This document shows, piece after piece, positions 29,966 to 40,251 of a DNA stretch of 64,000 nt. Source of the DNA: an uncultured Bacteroidales bacterium. Its GTDB lineage: Bacteria; Bacteroidota; Bacteroidia; Bacteroidales; CAZLJX01. Within the stretch, counting starts at the first letter, position 1. Each line of letters begins with the position of its first letter. The stretch lies in contig CAZLJX010000003.1 in assembly GCA_964559985.1 (NCBI GenBank), positions 16,450-80,449 of the forward strand. Reading direction: 5' to 3'. Position numbers and translations under genes: made by a program. The notes below the pieces were generated by a model that was given only the letters and a program-made list of their open reading frames with translations, was not told the DNA's origin and did not search any database.

Positions 29966-30451
29966 ATGATAAATAAAATTTCTTTCCGTACAGATCCCCG
30001 CAGCGAGGATATAGGGAATATCAGGGATATTGTTGCCTCAACAGGTTTTTTTCACGATTACGAAATTCCTGTTGCTGTCGAACTTGTTGAAGAAAGATTG
30101 AAAACAGGCGAATCAACCGGTTATTTTTTTGTATTTGCTATGGATGGCGAGAAAACAATCGCCTACGCCTGCTATGGTGAAATTCCATGTACAAGTGGCA
30201 GTTATGATCTTTACTGGATAGCAACCCACAACGATTATCGCGGAAAAGGTATTGGTCGCCTCCTGCTTGCCGAAACCGAAAAAGAAATTCTGAAAAGAGG
30301 CGGCAGGGGTATTTATGTCGAAACATCATCGCAAAGCAAATACCTGCCTACACAGAAATTTTACGAAAACAATCAATATATTCTGGAAGCGCGAATCAGG
30401 GACTTTTATGAGCCAGGCGACGACAAACTACTCTATGTCAAACGCTTATAA
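29966..30451 (+). CDS. GNAT-family N-acetyltransferase
   Basis: 161 aa. LYWIATHNDYRGKGIGRLLLAETEKE is the acetyl-CoA-binding motif A (R/Q-x-x-G-x-G/A). Starts 2 nt after the ATP-grasp 2 stop. Confidence 0.8.
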   Translation: MINKISFRTDPRSEDIGNIRDIVASTGFFHDYEIPVAVELVEERLKTGESTGYFFVFAMDGEKTIAYACYGEIPCTSGSYDLYWIATHNDYRGKGIGRLLLAETEKEILKRGGRGIYVETSSQSKYLPTQKFYENNQYILEARIRDFYEPGDDKLLYVKRL

Positions 30452-30457
30452 TATTTT

Positions 30458-33400
30458 TTATCCTGTTAACTGAAACCTGAGGCTAAATCCGAAATTGGCT
30501 TTTGTGGTGCGGTATGCGGTTGAAAGCCTTGGATTATCTAGGTTATAATCAAAAAATACCCGTAAAGTGAAGTTATCCGATACCTGGTAATCAGCCGATG
30601 ATTTCAAAGCTGTGGTGCGCGAACCACTTGCAGGCTGATCAATTTCTTCAACCAGTCTTCGTGTAAAGGTTACATTATCGCGGATAGAAAAATCGAGTCT
30701 GACATTCAGATCGCTCTGTGCATTGGTATTACCGATTTTCACCTTTATCTGGTTGAAACGGTAGCCGGCACCAATTACAAATTCCGTATTCCTTGATTCG
30801 TTCAACTGATTGTTTGCCATGCTGAATGCGAGATTGCGCGACCGTTTTATCTCAAAGCGGGTCGTCATACTGTTGACCCATGTCACATCGGCAGCAATAA
30901 GTGGCGAAAATTGCTCATTAATGGTAATATTGCTGATATCATAAGCGGGTATGAAATTATTCACCCTGTCTCTCACTTCGCTGAATCCATCACCGTTGGG
31001 ATCGGCAAACCGGTTATTTGAAATAAAACTGCCAATAGAAAAGGTTGACAGGTATCCATGGCTCATATTGACCGACCGGGCATATTTTTTCACGGTTTCA
31101 ATTTTACCCAGTCCGTCGTAAGTAATTCTCCAATTGGGTTTTATTGCCAGATATGAAGGGAAAGTTTCAAGGCTGACCCTTGAGGGCGATGTTTTGGTAT
31201 AAGCGGCAATAAATGCAGGAATAATAACCTGTTGCGAAGTTGGTCCGTATCCCGAAGGGAAACCGGTTTCAGGGTCGGGTTCCAGATTTTGCCCGAAATG
31301 TTCACGTTCAAGCCGGCGTGCAATTTCGTAACGGTAATTACTCATACGCAAAAAAGCTTCCGATTGTTCGTTTTTATCAATCTTATCAAAAGCTGTACGC
31401 AGACTAAAAAACGAAATATTAAAATTTCCTGATACCTGTTGGCTTTGCGGGCTGTATAATCCATCGGGCCCGGTATGAAAATCTCCTGTTGAATCGATGA
31501 TATAAAATTCCGAATACCTTTTTCCGTAAGTCCTTGTTCCTGTTACATCTATTTTGAAACCGGGGAGTGGTTCAATGGATGAGCGAATTGAAATATTCTC
31601 AGAATAGGTCATGGCAAAAGGGGTATTTAAAGCAGGATCTTTGCTGAGCCAGCCATTTCTGATGGCTTCGATGGGAAAATCTCTGTCCTGTATCCCCGAA
31701 ATAAAAGCCCAACCTGGAGCCATGGCATCTTCTGAAAAAACAGAACCCAGGTATTCTGTATTTCTCATGTAACCCGGAAGTATACTTCCATTGGTCTCAT
31801 TCACAGTAATGGAAATATTTTTAACACCCATCAGGAACAGCAAAGTACGCTCAAAAACAATGATAACCGGATTTTCGGTCACTTCACGCTTTCCGGTGAC
31901 GATAATATTTACATTTTCGTAGTTTTTATCCGCAATAATAGTAATCCTGTTTTCATTCACCAGGTTAAATTTGATCTGAATCTGTGTAGAGTCAATCATC
32001 GCTTTTACCTGAATGTCTTCGGTGCCCAGATTGTGAAGAATTATCCGTGGCTCGTTTGCTTTGAGCGAAATACCGGATTTTGTATATGTTACGGTTTCGG
32101 TCTGCTTTTGTGCCTGACGTTGCTTAGCCGGCTTTTTATATTTTTTATCAAGTCTGTCGAAATATTTCACCTTTGAATACAAACCCTGAAGGGTGAAAGT
32201 AGTAGTTAATGATTTATTGTTTGAATTTTTTATAGTATTGCCAAGGTCATGTCCCAGTGTTGGTTCAGGCCCTTTTTCCCAGTTGTATGTACCACCATAG
32301 CGCAGGTTGGCCGAAACCCAGCTCAGGAATTTAATCTTGTTAATGGGTGGTGTATAGGTAAGGCTGAAACGATGTTCGTAACCGGTGGTTGTGCCAAGCC
32401 CTTTTATTTCGCGCATTATTGAATCACGCCGGGCCTCATAACTTTCGTCTTCCCTGTCAATCCTTCCATAAGGCTCGTCGATACGGGCATCATTGTCTGC
32501 TGCAAATTCAAATTTTAACGCCCGTGTTATATCATATTTAAGGTCATATTCGCGTTTCCACATCCACTCCTTATTGAAAGTGGGTTCAAACGACTGGTTG
32601 GTGTTATATAAATTTCTAAGCAATACTTCATTATATTTCCGGTTCATGTTGGTTCTGAAACCAAGCTGACGTGGGGCATAAAAGAAATTGAAATCACGGA
32701 TCAGTCCTATTTTATTAATTACTTTAATACTTTTAAAAGGGATAACCGGTTTAGGATTGCTGTTGAAAATATAATTAATGCTTCCCGAATAATTACGTAA
32801 GGTGTTATATTCTGTATTTATATTTCGGGAAAAAACTTCGTTATAGGAGTATGATGCACTCCAGTTCGAAATGCTGTAAAAATGCGTTTCTCCCTGCGGC
32901 TGTATGCCTATATTTGTAAAATTAAGTGCCCTGCGCCTCGTATAATCCTGTACCTTATGTTTAATATCGCGCTTTTCACCTTCATCAAGGTTTGGGTTGT
33001 TGAGCGTCACTTTTAAAGGAATATCCGGATCGACCGGGTTGTACTGCGGATTTGAAAACGATTCGGAATAACCGGCATACATGGGTATTTTTACACGTGC
33101 TTTTTCAGGGAAAAATTTCCCAAGTTCCACATTTCCGGAAGCATCGTACTGATATATTTCGGCTTTACTGCGTTCGCTGACTTTCTTTTCAATACTTCCA
33201 AATCCGGGCTGCACTGTGCTGCCGGTAACATTGATCGTGGCAAAATCGGCAAGTTTTGCCGATACACGGGCATTGGCAGCCCATCCGCCATCTTCCACAA
33301 AATCAGAAAGCCTGAGCTCATTCACCCATATTTCAGCCGATTTTGATCTGCCATCATCCGCTGCATCGCCAAAAGGCTGTTTCGGATTACGTATCCCGAT

Positions 33401-36400
33401 CATCAATGAGCGTACATCAGCCAGATTGGGATTTCCCTTAATCCTGATAATATTATTGCCTGTTGACTGTGCATAAACCGTATTCATCCTGACATTGGTG
33501 CCTTGCATACGCATGGCATCATTACGTTGTTGTTTCAGCGCCAGCAACTCTTCAAAAGCAAAATCGAAACGGTTTTCTGAAGGCCATACCGAATTTGGAG
33601 AGTGGTTACCCCATGGCGAAACCTGAAGCGGAATTTCATATTCATAATAATTATCCTGGTTGTCAGATCCAAGGCGGATAAAAATATGCAGGTCGTTGTC
33701 GCGAAGCGCCGTTTCATCGTGTCGTGCTTCGGCATGGACTTCCATTTTCAATCTTTTATACTGACGGCAGTCAATCCTCACATTACGAAAAACAGCTTTT
33801 GAAAACCCGTCATTTAACGAATCGACACGAAGAGCGAGCGATTGTTCGTTTTTCAATATTTCCTGCTGTGTCGAAATATCACGCTCACGTGTTATGCCCG
33901 GAGGCAACATATAATGGATGGGGGTACGGCGAGAATCTTCTTCAATATTCACCGAGCTTACATCAAACGGACTGGCCGACAAGTCGTTATCTTCAACCAG
34001 ACTTTCGCTCTCATCCTTCATCACCAGGTTATATTTACGCCATTCGCCACGCACAAGGGCAAATTTAGCCATACGGACTATCACACGGTTATCAAAACCA
34101 TACATAAACAGTCGCATAAATCTTACCGAACGGAAATCTTCAATACCTCCATAAACCCTGTCAGGACTGTAAATAGGAATTTTGACATGGTACCAGCGGA
34201 CTTCCTTTGTTTCATTATTGATTTTAATATTTTTTGTTATGATATTGACAATGTATTTGTTGTCAATATTGAGGTCCTCAGGCCTGAGTGGTATTTTATA
34301 CTGAAAGTAGGCCTCTGTTTCATTCAGGGTATTGTCGTTGTTTATGTCTTCAATATCGGGAATAGAAGTGGCTGATTGCACTGTCTGGGTTCCAACAGCA
34401 GAGTTCCCGTCGGGGTTTGAGAACTGCTTGTACCGGTCAAGAATATTTAATCCCTGGTCATCATAATCGCCACCTTTGAAAAAATGAAAATTATCGCTCG
34501 AAGGGTCATTGACAAGCTGGTCATAAATTTGCTGTGGCACTTTTCCCTGCAGTGAATTCGGAAAATTATATTTTTCGTGGAAGAAGTTTTTTTCATCTTC
34601 ACCTCCCAGACCATCAAAACCAACATCCTGATAGGTGCGTGCTCCCGATTCATTATCAAAACCAGGAGAGATAAACTGTTTTCGCGAGACCCTACCCCAT
34701 GATGTTGTATCAACCAGGGTAACATTCGATGAATTGGGCAAGCCGTTTTCGAAGCTTTTACGGCCATCGCGCAGTATATCTTCCGAAATATCGCCAAGGT
34801 TAATGTACAGTGCCGGGTCATCATCGTTGCGCACAATTCCTGAGTCGGCATCTTCAAGGTAAGGGTCAAGCATATAAAACTCAAGGTATTCTATGTTGGC
34901 CAGCTCAAAATCATTGGTCGATATTTTCCGCATCATTCCACCCCAACGGTTTTTCGGGTTCGAAAAACTACCGGTTGCCGGGTCAATATGAGTGGTGTCG
35001 TAATTGTAAGGCCCACGTTCGCGTGGATAAAAACCCAGATCCAGGGTTGTTAAATAATTCTGTACCTGGCTTTGCAACTGTTTGTTGAATAAATCGTTCT
35101 GATTCCAACGCATCACATAAAGGCTCTTCCGCTGCGAACTCGATACCGGTGAGCCCGATTCGTAAAGGCTGGGTTCAATGGTGTACCATGTAAATTTTGC
35201 CCTGCCAAAGCCATACCTGATATCGTTGATAGTTCCTGCATTGGGAAATAGCTGTGGTTGTCCCTGTGGTACCGAAGCCAGCGACCAGCCCGAACGTTCC
35301 TGTATATTAATTTCAGACTTACTTGATTCAAAATCATCAATATACGATTCTCCTTTTTCGGTCAGTGCTTTTGAATGTCCGGGCCTCAGATAAGCATATT
35401 CACCCGAGAAAAGAATATTCGACATTTCCTTGGTCTCGATAAAAGGAATATAATCAACCATTTTTGTCAGAAACGGGACATCATGTTTATAGGATCCGTT
35501 AAATCCGTAAATGGTGTTCGATATGGGTTCATCGCCAATGTTTACTTTCTGGGTCAGTGGCTTTTCGTTAAGATTCAGTACCGTAGCACCCAGCACAAAG
35601 TCATCATTCAGTTTATAGTCAAGATGAACACCTGCCATCCGTTTACTCTGAATAGAAAACATAGAGTTGCTTTCGAGTGAAATTTTTATTGGTGTTCCCG
35701 ATTCGAGCAGCCCTTTGTTTAAAATAGTAACTTTTCCCATGGTATAATCTACCATATAATCGGTGTTCTCATTCAGAATGACTCCTCCGGCAATTACCTT
35801 TACGGAACCTTGCGGTATATTCGGAGCATTAAGCATAATTTCTGAACCTCCGGCCGACATATATTGGCCCTGCAGCACAAATTTGTTTTTACTTGTAATT
35901 TGCCGGGCTACCGTAAGGGTTGAATCATAAAGCTCCGGAAATGCGTATTTTTTGGCTACCAACGAGTCGCGAGGGTTATTTCCCAGAATTTTTTTATACA
36001 GATATCGTCCGAAGGGTTCTCTGACAGGGAAAATAATCCGGCCGTTGGAAGGGACAATGGTATAACCTTCTATAAAATCAAAAACACCATCCCCGTTGGG
36101 AACAGGTTGTTGCTGCATGTTTAGCCGGTCAAACTGCATTACCCTGAGTAAACTGACACCCTTCACAGCACCTTCGTTAAGTTTATAAACATTTCCTGCC
36201 GAGTCGCTTTTGTAAAGAATATCGAGTACAAAATTTTCGGGATTGACCTGGTATGCATTGATAGAATAGATATTTTTCATCATCAGATCCCATGTCGGTT
36301 GCGATGGTGTAAGGCTGGTAGGTTTAAGTAGTTTAACAATCAGACACTCAGGAGCTGCAACCCCATCGGTCGATAATTCACCGACTTTGAAAGTTTTCCC

Positions 36401-37831
36401 TCCTGCTGTATATTCGAAGGCAACAGCAAGCACTTCATCGGCAGTAAGTGCATTATTCAGTGAGATATATCCCAGTTTCTGGTTTAAGCGATACTCGGTA
36501 GGCGCCAGTTTGCGTGCATTTTCAAGCTTATCGTAATCTTTCCCGCTGGCAAGGCCGAGTGAATTACTTAATATCTGGGTAGTCTGGTTGATATTTCTAA
36601 CCCCAGTCTGCGATGTAATTGTCTGATACAGGGTATTCAGACTATCATACGGATAAAACCCCGCATTTGCTGTCCATCTCGGGTTTGAAATATTGGTTCC
36701 GCCGGCGAAACTGTATCCTTCGGCAAGATCGGTAAATGCAATGATATTCCTTGTATTTTCAGTTGTATTGCTGCGGTTTGTAATCCAGACTTCAATTTTA
36801 TTGATGTTCACCGCTGAATTGATCACCGGCAGGGTCGACATAGCTGTATCATATACATCTTTGAAAAAATGACCTATAAAAAAATGCCGGTTGGCATCGT
36901 ATTTGTCAATTTCAACATCAAAATTGTTTTTCTGGGCTCCCCCCTGAACTTCAATAACCTGTGTTTCACTTTCCTGTTGCGATAGTACAGTGGTAACCCT
37001 AAGCTTGCCAAATTTTAGCTCTGTCAGAATCCCGAAAAGACTCTGGCTTCCGGTGATAAGTGAGCCGGTCAGTGGCAATGAAACATTCCCTGCTTCAATG
37101 CGTTGAATAATATCGTCTTCCTTACCTTCGAACCGGAGTTTCATTTTATTCTCAAATTCAAAAGTCGCTTCGGTGTTATAATTAACCTGCATTTCAAGGT
37201 TTTCGCCAATTTTTCCGGTAACATTCATCTGAATTTTTTCCTTGAAATCGAAATTGGTGGTTTTCTGCAATTGCTCAGGCAGGGTCGGGTTGGCAGTTTT
37301 CTGGTAATTAAGGCCAAAAGTCAGCTCAGCCGAACCCTGGGGTTTAATATCAATGGTGTTTGAACCAAAAATGGTTTCAAAAATTTCACCTCCCACATGC
37401 AGTTGAGGTATCAACGAGGTCTGGTGCTGAAAACTTTCGCTTTTAAAACGCTGCCGCCAGTACGTACGTTCAGCCTTTTCAAAATTGTATTTACGGAAAT
37501 CGTTGTAATCCATCGAATATGGAGTACGGTAATTCAGATTTCCAATCTTTGAGCGAAATTCATATTGATTGTTTTCAGGATTGTATTCAATCTCGTCTGT
37601 AACATTTTGTGGATCTTTCAGGTATAACGGTGATGATGGTTGTTCTTTTTCAAACGGAATTTCAGAACGGTCACGAAACGGAAAAGGCAATTTTGCAGTA
37701 GTATCACCAGTAATTACCGTATCTTTCCCGGTTTCAGGAAAAGCCGAAAAATGCAGCGAAGCTCCGCTTGTCAGAACAACCAGGGCTGTAACAACTGAAA
37801 ATAATGTGATATAACGGATTAACGACTTCAA
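30458..37831 (-). CDS. sprA: T9SS translocon/cell-surface protein SprA (Sov)
   Basis: 2457 aa, signal peptide, beta-rich throughout. Size and N-terminal region (LPFPFRDRSEIPF...LYLKDPQNVTDEIEYNPENNQYEFRSKIGNLNYRTPYSMDYNDF) are typical of SprA. Lies directly downstream of ruvA. Confidence 0.92.
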   Translation of the reverse strand: MKSLIRYITLFSVVTALVVLTSGASLHFSAFPETGKDTVITGDTTAKLPFPFRDRSEIPFEKEQPSSPLYLKDPQNVTDEIEYNPENNQYEFRSKIGNLNYRTPYSMDYNDFRKYNFEKAERTYWRQRFKSESFQHQTSLIPQLHVGGEIFETIFGSNTIDIKPQGSAELTFGLNYQKTANPTLPEQLQKTTNFDFKEKIQMNVTGKIGENLEMQVNYNTEATFEFENKMKLRFEGKEDDIIQRIEAGNVSLPLTGSLITGSQSLFGILTELKFGKLRVTTVLSQQESETQVIEVQGGAQKNNFDVEIDKYDANRHFFIGHFFKDVYDTAMSTLPVINSAVNINKIEVWITNRSNTTENTRNIIAFTDLAEGYSFAGGTNISNPRWTANAGFYPYDSLNTLYQTITSQTGVRNINQTTQILSNSLGLASGKDYDKLENARKLAPTEYRLNQKLGYISLNNALTADEVLAVAFEYTAGGKTFKVGELSTDGVAAPECLIVKLLKPTSLTPSQPTWDLMMKNIYSINAYQVNPENFVLDILYKSDSAGNVYKLNEGAVKGVSLLRVMQFDRLNMQQQPVPNGDGVFDFIEGYTIVPSNGRIIFPVREPFGRYLYKKILGNNPRDSLVAKKYAFPELYDSTLTVARQITSKNKFVLQGQYMSAGGSEIMLNAPNIPQGSVKVIAGGVILNENTDYMVDYTMGKVTILNKGLLESGTPIKISLESNSMFSIQSKRMAGVHLDYKLNDDFVLGATVLNLNEKPLTQKVNIGDEPISNTIYGFNGSYKHDVPFLTKMVDYIPFIETKEMSNILFSGEYAYLRPGHSKALTEKGESYIDDFESSKSEINIQERSGWSLASVPQGQPQLFPNAGTINDIRYGFGRAKFTWYTIEPSLYESGSPVSSSQRKSLYVMRWNQNDLFNKQLQSQVQNYLTTLDLGFYPRERGPYNYDTTHIDPATGSFSNPKNRWGGMMRKISTNDFELANIEYLEFYMLDPYLEDADSGIVRNDDDPALYINLGDISEDILRDGRKSFENGLPNSSNVTLVDTTSWGRVSRKQFISPGFDNESGARTYQDVGFDGLGGEDEKNFFHEKYNFPNSLQGKVPQQIYDQLVNDPSSDNFHFFKGGDYDDQGLNILDRYKQFSNPDGNSAVGTQTVQSATSIPDIEDINNDNTLNETEAYFQYKIPLRPEDLNIDNKYIVNIITKNIKINNETKEVRWYHVKIPIYSPDRVYGGIEDFRSVRFMRLFMYGFDNRVIVRMAKFALVRGEWRKYNLVMKDESESLVEDNDLSASPFDVSSVNIEEDSRRTPIHYMLPPGITRERDISTQQEILKNEQSLALRVDSLNDGFSKAVFRNVRIDCRQYKRLKMEVHAEARHDETALRDNDLHIFIRLGSDNQDNYYEYEIPLQVSPWGNHSPNSVWPSENRFDFAFEELLALKQQRNDAMRMQGTNVRMNTVYAQSTGNNIIRIKGNPNLADVRSLMIGIRNPKQPFGDAADDGRSKSAEIWVNELRLSDFVEDGGWAANARVSAKLADFATINVTGSTVQPGFGSIEKKVSERSKAEIYQYDASGNVELGKFFPEKARVKIPMYAGYSESFSNPQYNPVDPDIPLKVTLNNPNLDEGEKRDIKHKVQDYTRRRALNFTNIGIQPQGETHFYSISNWSASYSYNEVFSRNINTEYNTLRNYSGSINYIFNSNPKPVIPFKSIKVINKIGLIRDFNFFYAPRQLGFRTNMNRKYNEVLLRNLYNTNQSFEPTFNKEWMWKREYDLKYDITRALKFEFAADNDARIDEPYGRIDREDESYEARRDSIMREIKGLGTTTGYEHRFSLTYTPPINKIKFLSWVSANLRYGGTYNWEKGPEPTLGHDLGNTIKNSNNKSLTTTFTLQGLYSKVKYFDRLDKKYKKPAKQRQAQKQTETVTYTKSGISLKANEPRIILHNLGTEDIQVKAMIDSTQIQIKFNLVNENRITIIADKNYENVNIIVTGKREVTENPVIIVFERTLLFLMGVKNISITVNETNGSILPGYMRNTEYLGSVFSEDAMAPGWAFISGIQDRDFPIEAIRNGWLSKDPALNTPFAMTYSENISIRSSIEPLPGFKIDVTGTRTYGKRYSEFYIIDSTGDFHTGPDGLYSPQSQQVSGNFNISFFSLRTAFDKIDKNEQSEAFLRMSNYRYEIARRLEREHFGQNLEPDPETGFPSGYGPTSQQVIIPAFIAAYTKTSPSRVSLETFPSYLAIKPNWRITYDGLGKIETVKKYARSVNMSHGYLSTFSIGSFISNNRFADPNGDGFSEVRDRVNNFIPAYDISNITINEQFSPLIAADVTWVNSMTTRFEIKRSRNLAFSMANNQLNESRNTEFVIGAGYRFNQIKVKIGNTNAQSDLNVRLDFSIRDNVTFTRRLVEEIDQPASGSRTTALKSSADYQVSDNFTLRVFFDYNLDNPRLSTAYRTTKANFGFSLRFQLTG

Positions 37832-37871
37832 ACGAGCAGGCGGAACAATAATGTTGAACTTGAATACGGCA

Positions 37872-38456
37872 TTACAAATGCTTTAATGATAGTTTAATTA
37901 ACTCTTCAACGGTAAGATTATTGTTTTGAGCCAACAAAGAATCAATGACTTTCTCGGTAGGTTGCCTTGAAAAACCAAGCATCACCAGGGCAGAAACTGC
38001 TTCTCCCCTGACCTGGGTGTTTAATCCCGGTATGCCAGTAATATCAATGCTTGCTGATTTACCCACTTTATCTTTCAGGTCAACAATGATACGTTGGGCA
38101 GTTTTTAAACCAATCCCCTTAATGCTCTTTAAAAGATTAACATTTCCTTCCATAATGGCCTTTGCCAGATCGGCTTGTGTCAGTGACGAAAGCATCATAC
38201 GCGCCGTATTGGCGCCAATACCCGAAACAGAAATCAACAGGCGGAACATATCCCGCTCAGCCTTATCGTAAAAACCAAAAAGCAATTGTGCATCTTCACG
38301 GATAACCTGGTGAATATATAACTGAACATCGGTTTTTGCCGAAATATGTGTATAACAGTTCAGTGTTATCTGAATTAAGTATCCAACACCCGAAATGTCA
38401 ATCACTGCATGGGTAGGAGAAATATCAGTAATTCTGCCTTTTATGTATTCGTACAT
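37872..38456 (-). CDS. ruvA: Holliday junction branch migration complex subunit RuvA
   Basis: 194 aa. MYEYIKGRITDISPTHAVIDISGVGYLIQI, and helix-hairpin-helix motifs SVSGIGANTARMML and IKGIGLKTAQRII. Confidence 0.95.
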   Translation of the reverse strand: MYEYIKGRITDISPTHAVIDISGVGYLIQITLNCYTHISAKTDVQLYIHQVIREDAQLLFGFYDKAERDMFRLLISVSGIGANTARMMLSSLTQADLAKAIMEGNVNLLKSIKGIGLKTAQRIIVDLKDKVGKSASIDITGIPGLNTQVRGEAVSALVMLGFSRQPTEKVIDSLLAQNNNLTVEELIKLSLKHL

Positions 38457-38710
38457 AATACAATTTTATCGTTAAAATGGTCAAAAATAATGTTTTTTTT
38501 GTCTCCTGAAAAATGCACAAAGGATTTGTTATCGGGGTTTTTTCGTTGTATCGCAGATATGATTTAATTTTGCAGATCCTAAATCAGGAAAAGTATGGGT
38601 AAGTTTCTGTAATAAAAACGAAAAAATGAAAAACTGTAAAAACAATTTGCTTTGTTGTCCTGAGTTGATTATAAATTAAGAAAAATTCTATTGCAGTTAC
38701 CTGATCGTCA

Positions 38711-39121
38711 TTATTTTGATTTGGCCTTTGGATTGGCAAGGTATTTATCCATAATTACCAGCAACTTACTGATATTAATTGGCTTAACAATATATTCGTC
38801 GCAGCCTGATTCTATACCTTTTTCTTTGCCAAATTCAATATTATAGGCCGTTTGAGCAATAACAGGAATTTTGTATTTACGTTTTATTTCGACCGTGGTG
38901 TCAAACCCGTTCATTTCAGGCATCCGGATATCCATCAGGATAAGGTCAATTTTTGAATTTCCCTGCAGGATGCTTAATACTTCTTTTCCATTGTGTGCCC
39001 TGATAATTGCTACATGGGTATCGGCCAGCACTTTTTCAAGAAATTTGAAATTAACATCCTCATCCTCAGCTATAAGGATTACTTTTCCGGGCCATTCAAA
39101 AACAATGGGGTCAATATTCAT
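38711..39121 (-). CDS. stand-alone response regulator receiver (REC) protein
   Basis: 136 aa. ILIAEDEDVN, LILMDIRMPEMNGFD (phospho-acceptor Asp), PVIAQTAY, YIVKPI. Confidence 0.85.
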   Translation of the reverse strand: MNIDPIVFEWPGKVILIAEDEDVNFKFLEKVLADTHVAIIRAHNGKEVLSILQGNSKIDLILMDIRMPEMNGFDTTVEIKRKYKIPVIAQTAYNIEFGKEKGIESGCDEYIVKPINISKLLVIMDKYLANPKAKSK

Positions 39122-39190
39122 GGTTCACCTCGATTTTTGAGTTTTTAAATTTACATTTTTTTTTTAACCTAAAAAATAAAAATTTACCCT

Positions 39191-40249
39191 TTAGCTGTTT
39201 ATTTTTTCAATATCAATCTCCGGCAATGGATTTGCTGTTGTTTCAAGAAATAATTTCCGGTTTTTAAAAATATCAATGGCAAGGTACAAGGCATTGCGGA
39301 ACGAGTTGGGCGATGCCACGTTTTTTCCTGCTATTTCATAAGCCGTACCATGATCGGGCGAAGTACGGATAACCGGCAGGCCTGCCGTATAATTGACTCC
39401 CGAATCGAAAGCAAGTGCTTTAAAAGGTGCCAGTCCCTGGTCGTGATACATGGCCATAACAGCATCGAATTGCGAAAATACCCCGGCGCCGAAAAATCCA
39501 TCGGCAGGGAAAGGGCCAATGGCTTTGATGCCTTCATCCCTTGCTTTTTCAATGGCTGGTATTATTATCTCAGTTTCTTCATTGCCGATTACCCCACCAT
39601 CGCCATTATGCGGATTAAGCCCTAATACAGCAATTTTGGGAGATTTGATGGCAAAATCTTCGAGTAACGAACGTTGCAACAATCTAAGTTTTTTCAAAAT
39701 CAGTTCAACAGTCAGGGTCGATGCAACATCTTTTAATGGAATGTGCCCTGTTATTACACCCAGTTTCATACTATCGCTCACCAATAACATCAATACTTCC
39801 CGGGTTGCTGTTTTCTCGCGCAGATATTCTGTATGCCCTGCAAACCGGAATTTATCGCTCTGAATATTATTTTTATTAATGGGGGCCGTAATAAGAATAT
39901 CAATTTTTTTATTGATCAGGTCATTCACAGCCATTTCGAGCGAAATAAATGAAGCCTGCCCTGCAATTTCGGTAGATTTGCCAAGTTCAACCCTGACATT
40001 ATCGTCTAGACAGTTGATGATATTTGCCCTTTTATGGTTTATTTCATTTGCATCTTTAACATTATTAAAGCTGAAATTATCTATGTTAAGGGCTTTACGG
40101 TGATAGGCCGATACTTTTGGTGATCCGTACACAACAGGGGTGCACATTTCAAGAATTCGGGGATCGAGCAGGGTTTTTATGATTATTTCATACCCGATGC
40201 CGTTGATATCCCCCTGCGAAATTCCTGCAACAATACGGTCGTTTTTCAT
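39191..40249 (-). CDS. pdxA: 4-hydroxythreonine-4-phosphate dehydrogenase
   Basis: 352 aa. GDINGIGYEIIIK, FAGHTEYL, MYHDQGL, IRTSPDHGTAYEIAG. Confidence 0.92.
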   Translation of the reverse strand: MKNDRIVAGISQGDINGIGYEIIIKTLLDPRILEMCTPVVYGSPKVSAYHRKALNIDNFSFNNVKDANEINHKRANIINCLDDNVRVELGKSTEIAGQASFISLEMAVNDLINKKIDILITAPINKNNIQSDKFRFAGHTEYLREKTATREVLMLLVSDSMKLGVITGHIPLKDVASTLTVELILKKLRLLQRSLLEDFAIKSPKIAVLGLNPHNGDGGVIGNEETEIIIPAIEKARDEGIKAIGPFPADGFFGAGVFSQFDAVMAMYHDQGLAPFKALAFDSGVNYTAGLPVIRTSPDHGTAYEIAGKNVASPNSFRNALYLAIDIFKNRKLFLETTANPLPEIDIEKINS

Positions 40250-40251
40250 AT

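Noticed and set aside
33842-34375. 177-aa plus-strand ORF, and the many other 60-145-aa ORFs inside sprA
   Set aside because: All lie antisense to or out of frame with a continuous 2457-aa SprA reading frame. Their products are low-complexity, so they are shadow ORFs.
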